A DNA stretch of 64,000 nt, from positions 2,592 through 66,591 of the forward strand of contig CAMBMS010000014.1 of the NCBI GenBank assembly GCA_945868845.1. The letters are read 5' to 3'. Below, in pieces: positions 22,264 through 31,162 of the stretch (position 1 is the stretch's first letter; each line of letters begins with the position of its first letter). A program made the translations under genes and the position numbers. A model generated the notes under the pieces. That model was not told the DNA's origin. It ran no database searches and saw nothing but the letters and a program-made list of their open reading frames with translations. This DNA is from Asaia bogorensis. GTDB taxonomy: Bacteria > Pseudomonadota > Alphaproteobacteria > Acetobacterales > Acetobacteraceae.

Positions 22264-25198
22264 CGAGGCGCCGGCCTTCCGGATCGACGAAGACTGGGGC
22301 GACGACGCGCGCGGCGACGGCGCCGCCCGGCATCGGTACATGCAGGATTTCGTTCAAGCGAGCGCGGCCATTGGCGAGCAAAGCAAGCGCGATCGGGCGG
22401 CCTATCGCGGGGCTGAAATAGGAGGACGTGACGTGGCCCTGCGCCCCTGTACCGGGTACTGGTTTGGGGTTCGTGGTGAGTTGCGCGCCTTCCTCCAACC
22501 GCGTGGTTGCGTCCTCACTTAGTAGGCCGATCAGTTGCAGGCGGTTGGGGGCGCGCATGTCGGGTAAGGCCAGAGAACGCTTGCCAATGAAATCCGCTTT
22601 CGTGCGGCCTAGGGCGCCGAAGCCGAGATCATCTGGGATGATGGTGCCATCGGTTTCCTGGCCGACGATGATGAAGCCTTTTTCGGCGCGCAGCACATGC
22701 ATGGCTTCGGTGCCGTAAGCGCAGCCATTGTACAAGTTGATGGCTTCGCGCAGCACGGTCCAGGCAGCTTGGGCGTAATCGGCGGGGATATTTACTTCAT
22801 AGCCGAGTTCGCCAGTGAAGCTAACGCGGAACAGGCGGATGGGTATGCCCCGTAGGTGACCCGCGCGGACCGACATATGCGGCATGCCGGCGAGGTCGAT
22901 GTCATCGAGGAACGGCGCCAGCACATCGCGCGCGCGCGGGCCTTGTAGGGCGATGACGGCCCAGTGTTCCGTGGTGGAGGGGAGCCAGATTTTCATCCAT
23001 GGCCATTCGGTCTGCCGGTAATCTTCCATATGCGCCAACACGCGTGCAGCGCCGCCGGTGGTGGTGGTGAGGTGGAAGGTTTGGTCATCCAGCCGGGCGA
23101 CGATGCCGTCATCCATCACGAAGCCGGCTTCGGTCAGCATGATGGCATAGCGGCATTTGCCAGGAGCGAGATTGCGCAGGTTAGTGGCGTATATGAGATC
23201 TAGGAACGTCGCGGCGTCGTGGCCGGTAACCTCGATCTTGCCGAGGGTGGAGGCATCGAAGAGGCCGACGGTTTCGCGCACAATGCCGCATTCGCGGGCG
23301 ACGGCCTGCTCGCGGGTTTCGCCCTGGCGAGGAAAGTAATGCGCGCGCTTCCAGGTGCCGACATCCTCGAACAGCGCGCCTTCGGCTTCGGCTTGCGCGT
23401 GGATCGGCGTGACGCGGATGGGATCGAACAGATCGCCGCGATTGAAGCCGGCCAGCGCACCGAAGGTGACGGGTGTATAGGGCGGACGGTAGGTGGTGAG
23501 GCCGAGATCGGCGACGGCGTGATTAGTTTGCTGCGCAATGATATCGAGTGTGTTGCGGTTGGAGAGCTTGCCCTGGTCCGTCGCCATGCCGGTGGTGGTG
23601 TAGCGCTTGATGTGCTCGACACTGCGGAAGCCTTCGCGAAGGGCCAGCACAATGTCAGTGGCGGCGACGTCGTTCTGGAAATCGACGAAGGCGAATTTCC
23701 CGGGCGTGATGGCGGTAGTGGCGGCGCCACCGGGCCTGGGGACGATGGGTTTGGCGGGCGGCGCGGTGCCGGCGGCTTCGGCGCCGGCGCCTGTGCCGTC
23801 GCGGAGGACTTCGTCGAGGCTGAAGATGCCGCGGCAGGCGCCGGCGGAGCGTTCGCGTTGGACGGAGATATCCGGCAGGTGGCAGCCGAGCGACTCATCG
23901 TAGCGCAGCCGGCCGCGTGACTGGCTGAATAGATGCACTGAGGGGGTCCAGCCGCCGGCCATCAGCACCAGATCGACATGGTGTTGTTGCTGCTGTCCGG
24001 TCGCACGATTCTGCGTGGTAAGCGTTTTGACGCGTAGCCGGCCGGAAGTGTTCACCGCGACCGTGTTGGCCAGCACGGGGATGCCGGTGGCGCGGGCGCG
24101 GTCCGCCCAAACATGATCGGCGGCGCCTGGGTCGGCGATGCAGGCGATGCGGATACCCCCCGCCTGCAGATCGAACGCGACGCGATATCCGCTGTCATGC
24201 GAGGCGAGCACGGCAGCGACGCTACCAGGGCGGACGGCGTAGCGATTTAAGTAAACGCGGGCGGCGTCCGCCAGCATCACGCCGGGGCGGTCGTTGTTGG
24301 GAAAGATTATGGGGCGTTCGATGGCGCCGGTTGCGAGCACGATTTCGCGCGCACGGACTTGCCAGAGGCGCTCGCGCATTTGATCGGGCGCGGGCGCGGG
24401 CAGGTGATCGGTGAGACGTTCGGAGAGGGCGAGAAAATTATCAGCGTAATAGCCGAAGGCGGTGGTGCGCGGCAGCACGGTCACGAGCGGGTTAGCTTCC
24501 AGGTCGCGGATGATGCTGTCCACCCAGTCGCGCGCGGGCTGGGTTTCGATGTATGCTTCGGCTTCCGCCAGCAGGCTTCCGCCCATGCGGGCCTGTTCGT
24601 CACAGATGATCACGCGCTTACCGGCCGAGGCGGCGGCACGGGTGGCGGCTAGGCCGGCGCCGCCGGCGCCGATCACCAGCACGTCGCAATGGGCATGGCG
24701 GTTGGTGTAGCGGTCGGGATCGGGCGTGGCGGGGGCGCGGCCGAGGCCGGCTGCGTGGCGGATCGCGGGTTCGAATATTTTTGTCCATACGCCGAGACTG
24801 GGCATGAAGGTCTTGTAGTAAAAGCCTGCGGGTAGAAGTTTCGCGGCTAGGCCGGCGGCAGCGCCGAGATCGAAGGCTGGTGATGGGTAGTTGTTCTGAC
24901 TTTCAGCGCACAGGCCGTCATACAGTTCGACTTGGGTTGCGCGTTGGTTGGGCGTGTCCTGGCCGTGGCCACGGATGACGCGCACCAAGGCGTTGGGTTC
25001 CTCCGCGCCGGCGGAGAGTATGCCGCGCGGGCGGTGGTATTTGAAGGAGCGGCCAACGAGGGAAATGCCGTTGGCCAGCAGGGCGGAGGCGAGCGTGTCG
25101 CCGGCGAGGCCGGTATAGGAGCGGCCATCGAAACTGAAGCGGAGCGGGTTCCAGCGTTCCACCAGCCCACCGGTCTTGGCGCGAAAGGACTGCGTCAT
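22256..25198 (-). CDS. soxA: sarcosine oxidase family, alpha subunit
   Basis: 980 aa with a 2Fe-2S-like N-terminus, an NAD/FAD fold (CDVLVIGAGGAGLAA) and a C-terminal aminomethyltransferase (GcvT-like) folate-binding domain. Confidence 0.95.
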   Translation of the reverse strand: MTQSFRAKTGGLVERWNPLRFSFDGRSYTGLAGDTLASALLANGISLVGRSFKYHRPRGILSAGAEEPNALVRVIRGHGQDTPNQRATQVELYDGLCAESQNNYPSPAFDLGAAAGLAAKLLPAGFYYKTFMPSLGVWTKIFEPAIRHAAGLGRAPATPDPDRYTNRHAHCDVLVIGAGGAGLAATRAAASAGKRVIICDEQARMGGSLLAEAEAYIETQPARDWVDSIIRDLEANPLVTVLPRTTAFGYYADNFLALSERLTDHLPAPAPDQMRERLWQVRAREIVLATGAIERPIIFPNNDRPGVMLADAARVYLNRYAVRPGSVAAVLASHDSGYRVAFDLQAGGIRIACIADPGAADHVWADRARATGIPVLANTVAVNTSGRLRVKTLTTQNRATGQQQQHHVDLVLMAGGWTPSVHLFSQSRGRLRYDESLGCHLPDISVQRERSAGACRGIFSLDEVLRDGTGAGAEAAGTAPPAKPIVPRPGGAATTAITPGKFAFVDFQNDVAATDIVLALREGFRSVEHIKRYTTTGMATDQGKLSNRNTLDIIAQQTNHAVADLGLTTYRPPYTPVTFGALAGFNRGDLFDPIRVTPIHAQAEAEGALFEDVGTWKRAHYFPRQGETREQAVARECGIVRETVGLFDASTLGKIEVTGHDAATFLDLIYATNLRNLAPGKCRYAIMLTEAGFVMDDGIVARLDDQTFHLTTTTGGAARVLAHMEDYRQTEWPWMKIWLPSTTEHWAVIALQGPRARDVLAPFLDDIDLAGMPHMSVRAGHLRGIPIRLFRVSFTGELGYEVNIPADYAQAAWTVLREAINLYNGCAYGTEAMHVLRAEKGFIIVGQETDGTIIPDDLGFGALGRTKADFIGKRSLALPDMRAPNRLQLIGLLSEDATTRLEEGAQLTTNPKPVPGTGAQGHVTSSYFSPAIGRPIALALLANGRARLNEILHVPMPGGAVAARVVAPVFVDPEGRRLDG

Positions 25199-25461
25199 GG
25201 CGGTTCACCGACGCGGTAGGTGCGAGTGAATTTATCGGTCACTGTATCGCGTTGTGCGTTGAAGAAGCGGCCACAGCCATGAATGTGGCGCCAGCGTTCC
25301 GCGTGCGTACCCTTCGGGTTGGACCGAAAGTAAAGAAATTCCGTCCATCTGGCATCGCTGATCGTAACGGGGTTTTCCGGGCGAGCGATGTGGGCTTCGC
25401 CCATATGACGAAATTCGACTTCCGGGCGGTTGCCACAATAGGGGCAATTTATCAGCAGCAT
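25195..25461 (-). CDS. soxD: sarcosine oxidase family, delta subunit
   Basis: 88 aa starting MLLINCPYCGNRPEVEFRHMGEAHIARP, the Zn-ribbon signature of SoxD. Confidence 0.9.
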   Translation of the reverse strand: MLLINCPYCGNRPEVEFRHMGEAHIARPENPVTISDARWTEFLYFRSNPKGTHAERWRHIHGCGRFFNAQRDTVTDKFTRTYRVGEPP

Positions 25462-26714
25462 TAGTGCGATACTGCCGCCGCCGCGGCCTCGTCGATCAGG
25501 CGGCCGGAGCGGAAGCGGTCGAGCCCGAACGGCGCGGCGATGGGGTGCGGCATACCGTGTGCGATGGTGGCGGCGAATATATGGCCCGATCCTGGTGTGG
25601 CCTTAAAACCGCCGGTGCCCCAGCCACAATTGACGAACAGGCCAGGCACCGGTGTAGTGCCGATGATGGGTGACCGGTCCGGTGTGACATCGACGATCCC
25701 GCCCCAGTTGCGCAGCATGCGTAGGCGGCGGAAGGTCGGGAACATTTCCGTCACCGCCCCCAAGGTGTCGGTGGTGATGTGCAGCCCGCCGGTCTGCGAA
25801 TAGGAGTTGTATTGGTCGGTGCTGGCGCCAATGACCAGTTCGCCTTTATCAGATTGGCTGATATAGGCGTGGATGGTGTTGGACATCACAACGCAGGGCA
25901 TCACTGGTTTGATCGGCTCGCTGACAAGGGCTTGCAAGGGAAAACTTTCCAACGGCATACGCACGCCGGCCATCGCCATGATCACGCTGGTATGACCGGC
26001 GGCGACGACGCCAATACGCCTTGCGCCGATGGGGCCGCGTGATGTGTCTGCGCCCGTGACGGCGCCGGTTGTGTCGCGGTGGATGGCTGTGACCTCGCAG
26101 TTTTGGATGATGTCCACGCCAAGCGCATCTACGCCGCGCGCATAACCCCAGGCCACCGCATCGTGCCGCGCCACGCCGCCACGCCGCTGTAGGGCGGCGC
26201 CCAGCACCGGGTAGCGCATGGTGGAAGAGATATTTAGCGGCGGGCAGAATTCTCGTGCCTGCGCCGCGCTCAGCCATTCATTGTCGATGCCGGCCAGGCG
26301 GTTCGCGTGGACGTGTCGTTTTAACACGCGCACATCGTGTTCATTATGCGCTAGCATCATCACGCCGCGTGGCGAATACATAACGTTGTAGTTGAGTTCG
26401 CGGGAAAGCCCCTTCCATAATTGCATTGCGTGTTCATAGATCGCCTCGCTTTCCTCCCACAGATAGTTAGAACGGATGATAGTGGTGTTGCGGCCGGTGT
26501 TGCCGCCGCCGAGCCAGCCCTTTTCCAGCACTGCGATATCGCGGACGCCATGTTCCTTCGCTAGGTAATAGGCGGTGGCAAGGCCGTGGCCGCCGGCGCC
26601 GATGATAATGGTATCGTAGACTCGCTTCGGTTGCGGATCGCGCCATTGAGCTGGCCAGCTAGTATGGCCGGTCAGAGCCTGGCTGGTAAGGTTCCAGAAG
26701 TTAAAGCGCATCAA
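25461..26714 (-). CDS. soxB: sarcosine oxidase family, beta subunit (FAD/FMN)
   Basis: 417 aa; YDTIIIGAGGHGLATAYYLAKEHG is a DAO-family fold typical of heterotetrameric SoxB. Confidence 0.95.
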   Translation of the reverse strand: MMRFNFWNLTSQALTGHTSWPAQWRDPQPKRVYDTIIIGAGGHGLATAYYLAKEHGVRDIAVLEKGWLGGGNTGRNTTIIRSNYLWEESEAIYEHAMQLWKGLSRELNYNVMYSPRGVMMLAHNEHDVRVLKRHVHANRLAGIDNEWLSAAQAREFCPPLNISSTMRYPVLGAALQRRGGVARHDAVAWGYARGVDALGVDIIQNCEVTAIHRDTTGAVTGADTSRGPIGARRIGVVAAGHTSVIMAMAGVRMPLESFPLQALVSEPIKPVMPCVVMSNTIHAYISQSDKGELVIGASTDQYNSYSQTGGLHITTDTLGAVTEMFPTFRRLRMLRNWGGIVDVTPDRSPIIGTTPVPGLFVNCGWGTGGFKATPGSGHIFAATIAHGMPHPIAAPFGLDRFRSGRLIDEAAAAAVSH

Positions 26715-27496
26715 TCGTCGAGCTGGATGACAGAACCGGCGGTGGTTCCGCCATCGATAACGATGGTCTGGCCGCTGATGAAATTACCGGCGGGCCCGGC
26801 GAGGAAAACAGCGGCACCGGCCACTTCATCGGGAGTGCCGATTCGTTGTAGCGGTGTATCGCGCGTGCGCTTCTCGTAGATTACGGGATTTTCCCACAAA
26901 GCGCGGGCAAAATCGGTGCGGATAATACCTGGCGCGATGGCGTTGGCGCGGATGTTCTTCGGCCCCCATTCCACGCAGAGATTGCGCGCGAGCTGCATGT
27001 CGGCGGCCTTGGAGACGGCATAGGCGCCGAGATGCGCCGAGCCACGCAGGCCACCAATGGAAGAAATAATAATGATCGATCCACCGCCACGTGCAGCCAT
27101 CTGCGGCGCCACCATGTTGGTGAGCCACATGTTGGAGCGGATATTGGTGGCCATGATGCGGTCCCAGGCATCATCGCTGATCGTAAGCGTGGGGCCGAAA
27201 TGCGGATTAACGCCGGCGTTGCCGACCAAGATGTCGATACCGCCCCAATGCGCGATGGTCTTGTCCACCAGGCTCTGCAACTGGTCCTTCTGCCCAACAT
27301 GGCAGGGGATGACGATGGCCTCGCCGCCCTTGGCGCGGATGCCGGCGGCGACTTCCTCGCACATATCTGCTTTGCGCGAGGAGACGACGACCTTGGCGCC
27401 GTGTTCGGCCATGCGTTCGGCGATGGCACGCCCGATGCCTTTCGAGGAGCCGGTGATGACGGCGATTTTACCAGTGAGATCGAACAAGGACGACAT
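26711..27496 (-). CDS. SDR family oxidoreductase
   Basis: LTGKIAVITGSSKGIGRAIA, NAGVNP, YAVSKAA. Its stop overlaps the soxB start as ATGA, implying translational coupling. Confidence 0.85.
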   Translation of the reverse strand: MSSLFDLTGKIAVITGSSKGIGRAIAERMAEHGAKVVVSSRKADMCEEVAAGIRAKGGEAIVIPCHVGQKDQLQSLVDKTIAHWGGIDILVGNAGVNPHFGPTLTISDDAWDRIMATNIRSNMWLTNMVAPQMAARGGGSIIIISSIGGLRGSAHLGAYAVSKAADMQLARNLCVEWGPKNIRANAIAPGIIRTDFARALWENPVIYEKRTRDTPLQRIGTPDEVAGAAVFLAGPAGNFISGQTIVIDGGTTAGSVIQLDD

Positions 27497-27552
27497 GGTG
27501 GCTCTCTAATTAAGGGCGCTACTGCAGAAGTATGCGGCGTGGAGGCTGCAGG

Positions 27553-27978
27553 TCAAGCGCCTGGCGCTGGGGTGGGTTCGCCCAGGATCATCTGGGTCTG
27601 CGTTACCTGGGCTAGTAATTGTCCGGCTGTGTCGCGCATGTTGGTCTGCCAGATCATCGTCCGCCGTCCCTTGTGCAAGGGCAAACATTCGAATGTCACG
27701 CGCGTTCCGGTGGGGGCGGCGCCCAGAAAATTGGTTTTACTTTCTAGGGTCGCGGTCCATTGGCCCTTCTTCAGGTTTACGATGGTGGCGACGGCACCCA
27801 GCGTATCAGCGATGGCCATGATGGCGCCACCATGCAGGGTGTTGGTCTCGATCGAGAGATCGGCACGAACGGTGACCTCGGCAAGGACCCGATCGTGTGT
27901 GGCCTCGGTGATCTCGATGCCGAGATGTAACGGGAAGGGCGCGAGTTTATTTTGGATGCGGGTCTTTAGGTCCGTCAT
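27553..27978 (-). CDS. PaaI-family (hotdog fold) thioesterase
   Basis: 141 aa; HLGIEITEATHDRVLAEVTVRADLSIETNTLHGGAIMAIADTLGA is the PaaI/4HBT-type core. Confidence 0.75.
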   Translation of the reverse strand: MTDLKTRIQNKLAPFPLHLGIEITEATHDRVLAEVTVRADLSIETNTLHGGAIMAIADTLGAVATIVNLKKGQWTATLESKTNFLGAAPTGTRVTFECLPLHKGRRTMIWQTNMRDTAGQLLAQVTQTQMILGEPTPAPGA

Positions 27979-28515
27979 TCAATCCGTGTCCTTTGCAATC
28001 AGAATTGGGTGAAGAAAATCTTCCAGATTACCGCCCGAAAATTTTTCACCGCGTATGCCGGCAGAAGCGGCGGCTTGCATATCCGAATTTTTGTCGCCGA
28101 TCAGCAGGGCCTTGGAGGGGTTGAGGTTCCAGGCGCGCAGAATGTCGAGGATCATACCCGGCGCCGGTTTACGCCAGTCGCTGATGCGGCGGTAGTTTTC
28201 CAGCTCTGCTTGCGGGTGGAACGGACAGAAGCGGATGTCGTCGATACGGCCGCCGGCGCGTGCGATCTCCTCGGTCATCCATGTGTGCAGGGTCTCCACA
28301 TCCGCTTCCGTGTAATGGCCTCGGGCCACGCCGGATTGGTTCGTCACCACGAACACATACCAACCATTAGCGGTCGCCAGCGCGATGGCTTCTCGGGCGC
28401 CAGGCATAAATTCGAACCGCGCGCGCGTGCCGACATAGCCGTGATCGATATTGATCACGCCGTCGCGATCAAGGATCAAGGCTCGCTCAGTTTTTTGGGC
28501 GGGTGTCGATGACAC
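27979..28515 (-). CDS. HAD-IIIA phosphatase, GmhB-like (D,D-heptose 1,7-bisphosphate phosphatase family)
   Basis: LILDRDGVINIDHGY..., VVTNQSGVARGHYT, CPFHP, WRKPAPGM, LIGDKNSDMQAA. The start overlaps the paaK 3' end by 29 nt. Confidence 0.75.
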   Translation of the reverse strand: MSSTPAQKTERALILDRDGVINIDHGYVGTRARFEFMPGAREAIALATANGWYVFVVTNQSGVARGHYTEADVETLHTWMTEEIARAGGRIDDIRFCPFHPQAELENYRRISDWRKPAPGMILDILRAWNLNPSKALLIGDKNSDMQAAASAGIRGEKFSGGNLEDFLHPILIAKDTD

Positions 28516-29767
28516 GGCGGGCCTTGCCCATGGAGCGCTCGATGCTGCCTGGGGGTTTGATTGTCACTCGGGCGGTGACGCCGACCAGGGTTTTTACCAA
28601 AGCAGCGAGATCGCGCTCGTGGCTGTCCGTTTCGGTAACGCCCACGCGGGACTCAGCATGTATTTCCATCTCATCCATGCGGCCGGGGCGTGATAGAAAA
28701 ATCTGGTAATGACCCGTAAGGATAGAATTGCGGAGAATTAATTCCTCTATTTGCGTGGGGAAGACATTGACGCCGCGGAGGATGAACATGTCGTCGGAAC
28801 GGCCGGTGATTTTTTCCATCCGGCGCATGCTGCGCGCGGTACCGGGCAGCAGGCGGGTGAGGTCGCGGGTACGGTAGCGGATGACGGGCAAGCCTTCCTT
28901 GGTTAGTGTGGTGAACACGAGTTCGCCTGGGGTGCCGTCGGGCTGGGTCGCTCCGGTTTCGGGGTCGATAATTTCTGGATAAAAATGGTCTTCCCAGATA
29001 TGCAGCCCGTCCTTGGTTTCCACGCATTCATTGGCGACGCCGGGGCCCATGACTTCGGAGAGGCCGTAGATATCTACAGCATCCATGGCGAACCCGGATT
29101 CGATTTCGGCGCGCATGGCGTTGGTCCAGGGTTCGGCGCCAAGGATTCCAACGCGCAGCGAGGAAGTGCGTGGATCTAGATTCTGGGTACGAAATTCATC
29201 CAGAACGGCGAGCATGTAGCTCGGTGTGATCATGATGATGTCAGGGCGGAAATCGTTGATCAGTTGCACCTGGCGCTCGGTTTGTCCGCCAGACATGGGG
29301 ATGACCGTGCAGCCCAGACGCTCGGCGCCGTAATGCGCGCCGAGGCCGCCGGTAAAGAGGCCGTAGCCATAGGCGATATGCACTGCCATGCCGGGTCTGC
29401 CGCCGGAGGCGTAGATGGAGCGCGCGACGAGATCGGACCAGGTGTCAATATCCTGTTGCGTGTAGCCGACGACGGTGGGTTTTCCCGTGGTGCCGGAAGA
29501 GGCGTGGATACGGATGATTTTCTTGCGGGGGACGGCGAACATGCCGAACGGGTAGTTGGCGCGGAGATCCTGCTTCGTCGTGAAGGGGAATTTTTGCAGA
29601 TCTTCGAACTGGCGGAAATCGGACGGAAGCACGCCGGCCGCGTCGAAGGCGAGGCGGTAATGGGGGACGTTTCGGTACGCATGGTGCAAGGACCAGGACA
29701 GGCGTTCGCGCTGCACGGAAGAAATTTCGTCGCGCGAGGCGGTTTCGATTTTATGCAGGCCGATCAT
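28487..29767 (-). CDS. paaK: phenylacetate-CoA ligase
   Basis: 426 aa; ...FPFTTKQDLRANYPFGMFAVPRKKIIRIHASSGTTGKPTVVGYTQQDIDTWS... is the diagnostic PaaK sequence. Confidence 0.9.
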   Translation of the reverse strand: MIGLHKIETASRDEISSVQRERLSWSLHHAYRNVPHYRLAFDAAGVLPSDFRQFEDLQKFPFTTKQDLRANYPFGMFAVPRKKIIRIHASSGTTGKPTVVGYTQQDIDTWSDLVARSIYASGGRPGMAVHIAYGYGLFTGGLGAHYGAERLGCTVIPMSGGQTERQVQLINDFRPDIIMITPSYMLAVLDEFRTQNLDPRTSSLRVGILGAEPWTNAMRAEIESGFAMDAVDIYGLSEVMGPGVANECVETKDGLHIWEDHFYPEIIDPETGATQPDGTPGELVFTTLTKEGLPVIRYRTRDLTRLLPGTARSMRRMEKITGRSDDMFILRGVNVFPTQIEELILRNSILTGHYQIFLSRPGRMDEMEIHAESRVGVTETDSHERDLAALVKTLVGVTARVTIKPPGSIERSMGKARRVIDTRPKN

Positions 29768-30210
29768 GGTGTATTTTCCCCGTGTTTGGGAAAGAATTTC
29801 TGGCCGATGGTGCGGGAATGGCCGCGAAATTCGGCTATGGTATCCCCATTTAGCGCGCGCACGCAGACATCATAGATGCCGGAGCGGCCTTCGCGGGTGC
29901 GTTCGGTCGCTTCGGCGATCATTGTGTCGCCGAGGCGGGCGGGTCGGAGGAAAGTGACGGCGCAATGCTGGGCGACGTTCATCTCGTTATGGGTGTTGCA
30001 GGCGAAGGCGAAGGTGGAATCGGCGAGGGTAAAAATAAAACCACCATGGCACAGGCCGAGGCCGTTAACCATGCTGGATTGCACCTGCATCGTCACCACA
30101 GCGTGGCCGGGGGCGATGTCGCGGATCGCCATACCGAGGCCCTGGCTGGCGTTGTCCTGCGCCCACATTTTTTCCGCGCAGGCCTGGGCGAGGTCCGCCG
30201 CATTCTTCAT
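29764..30210 (-). CDS. paaI: hydroxyphenylacetyl-CoA thioesterase
   Basis: 148 aa containing NGLGLCHGGFIFTLADSTFAFACN. Lies between paaG and paaK with 4-nt overlaps. Confidence 0.85.
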   Translation of the reverse strand: MKNAADLAQACAEKMWAQDNASQGLGMAIRDIAPGHAVVTMQVQSSMVNGLGLCHGGFIFTLADSTFAFACNTHNEMNVAQHCAVTFLRPARLGDTMIAEATERTREGRSGIYDVCVRALNGDTIAEFRGHSRTIGQKFFPKHGENTP

Positions 30211-31007
30211 GGATTCTTACCGTTGGGGCGTTTGCCCGTGAACCGGGGCGCGCGCTTTTCCATGAAGGCTTGCACACCCTCCGCGTAGTCGGGACTGGCG
30301 CCGGCCTGCTGTTGCAGCGCGGCTTCCAGATCGAGTTGGGCATCGAGCGTATTGGACGCTGAGGCCGCAAAGGCCTGCTTCATCAGGGCGAAGGCCTGAG
30401 TTGGTTGGCTGGCGAGATGTGAGGTGATTTTTTCCGCCTCTGCCATCGGCGTGTTGTCGGGCACGGCTTGCCAGATCAAGCCCCAGGCGGCGGCCTGTTC
30501 GGCGCTGATCGGCTCTCCGGTCATGGCCAACGCCCGGGCGCGGGCCTCGCCGATCAAGCGGGGAAGGAAGAAGGTGCCGCCGGAATCAGGGACGAGGCCG
30601 ATGCGGGAAAAGGCCTGGATGAATTTGGCCGAATGGGCGGCGATTACGATGTCGCAGGAAAGGGAAATACTGGCGCCGGCGCCGACGCCGTTGACCGCGG
30701 CGATGACGGGCATGCGCAGGGCGCGGATGCGCCGGATCAGGATGTTGTAGTGGGAGATGACGGCCGCTAGGTCCGGCGGGCCGACCGGGCTGGGTAACAT
30801 GGCGGGGCCCAATTCCTGCCTGGCGCAGAAGGCACGGCCGGCACCGGTCACCAGGATGGCGCGGCAGGCTTCATCTGCCTCTACCGCGTCCAGTTCCTTG
30901 CGGAAGGCGGCGTGCATCTCGGCGTTGAAGGCGTTCAGTTTGTCCGGGCGGTTGAGGGTGAGCTTACGCCAGGTCGGATGGGATTCGGTGAGGACGAAAT
31001 TTTGCAT
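30207..31007 (-). CDS. paaG: enoyl-CoA hydratase/isomerase, PaaG-like
   Basis: MQNFVLTE...LTLNRPDKLNAFNAEMH...VTGAGRAFCARQEL is a crotonase fold, in paa context. ATG verified at 31007. Confidence 0.8.
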   Translation of the reverse strand: MQNFVLTESHPTWRKLTLNRPDKLNAFNAEMHAAFRKELDAVEADEACRAILVTGAGRAFCARQELGPAMLPSPVGPPDLAAVISHYNILIRRIRALRMPVIAAVNGVGAGASISLSCDIVIAAHSAKFIQAFSRIGLVPDSGGTFFLPRLIGEARARALAMTGEPISAEQAAAWGLIWQAVPDNTPMAEAEKITSHLASQPTQAFALMKQAFAASASNTLDAQLDLEAALQQQAGASPDYAEGVQAFMEKRAPRFTGKRPNGKNP

Positions 31008-31162
31008 GCTTGGCCTTTGGGGAGATGGCGGGGCAGGATCGCTGGCGGGGGGCGTGGACGTAAGATTGCTGCGCGGTGACGGTTGATCTGGCAAGGGGCG
31101 CGACAAAATCCTATCTTGGAACTCAGGCATCGCGCCGCGCGCCTCGAAGGAAGAGTTTCACC

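Noticed and set aside
21757-26714. Treating soxBDAG as part of the sulfur-oxidation system near soxYZ.
   Set aside because: This is a name collision only. These are heterotetrameric sarcosine-oxidase-family subunits (FAD/folate enzymes), functionally unrelated to the SoxYZ carrier at 16.8-17.6 kb.
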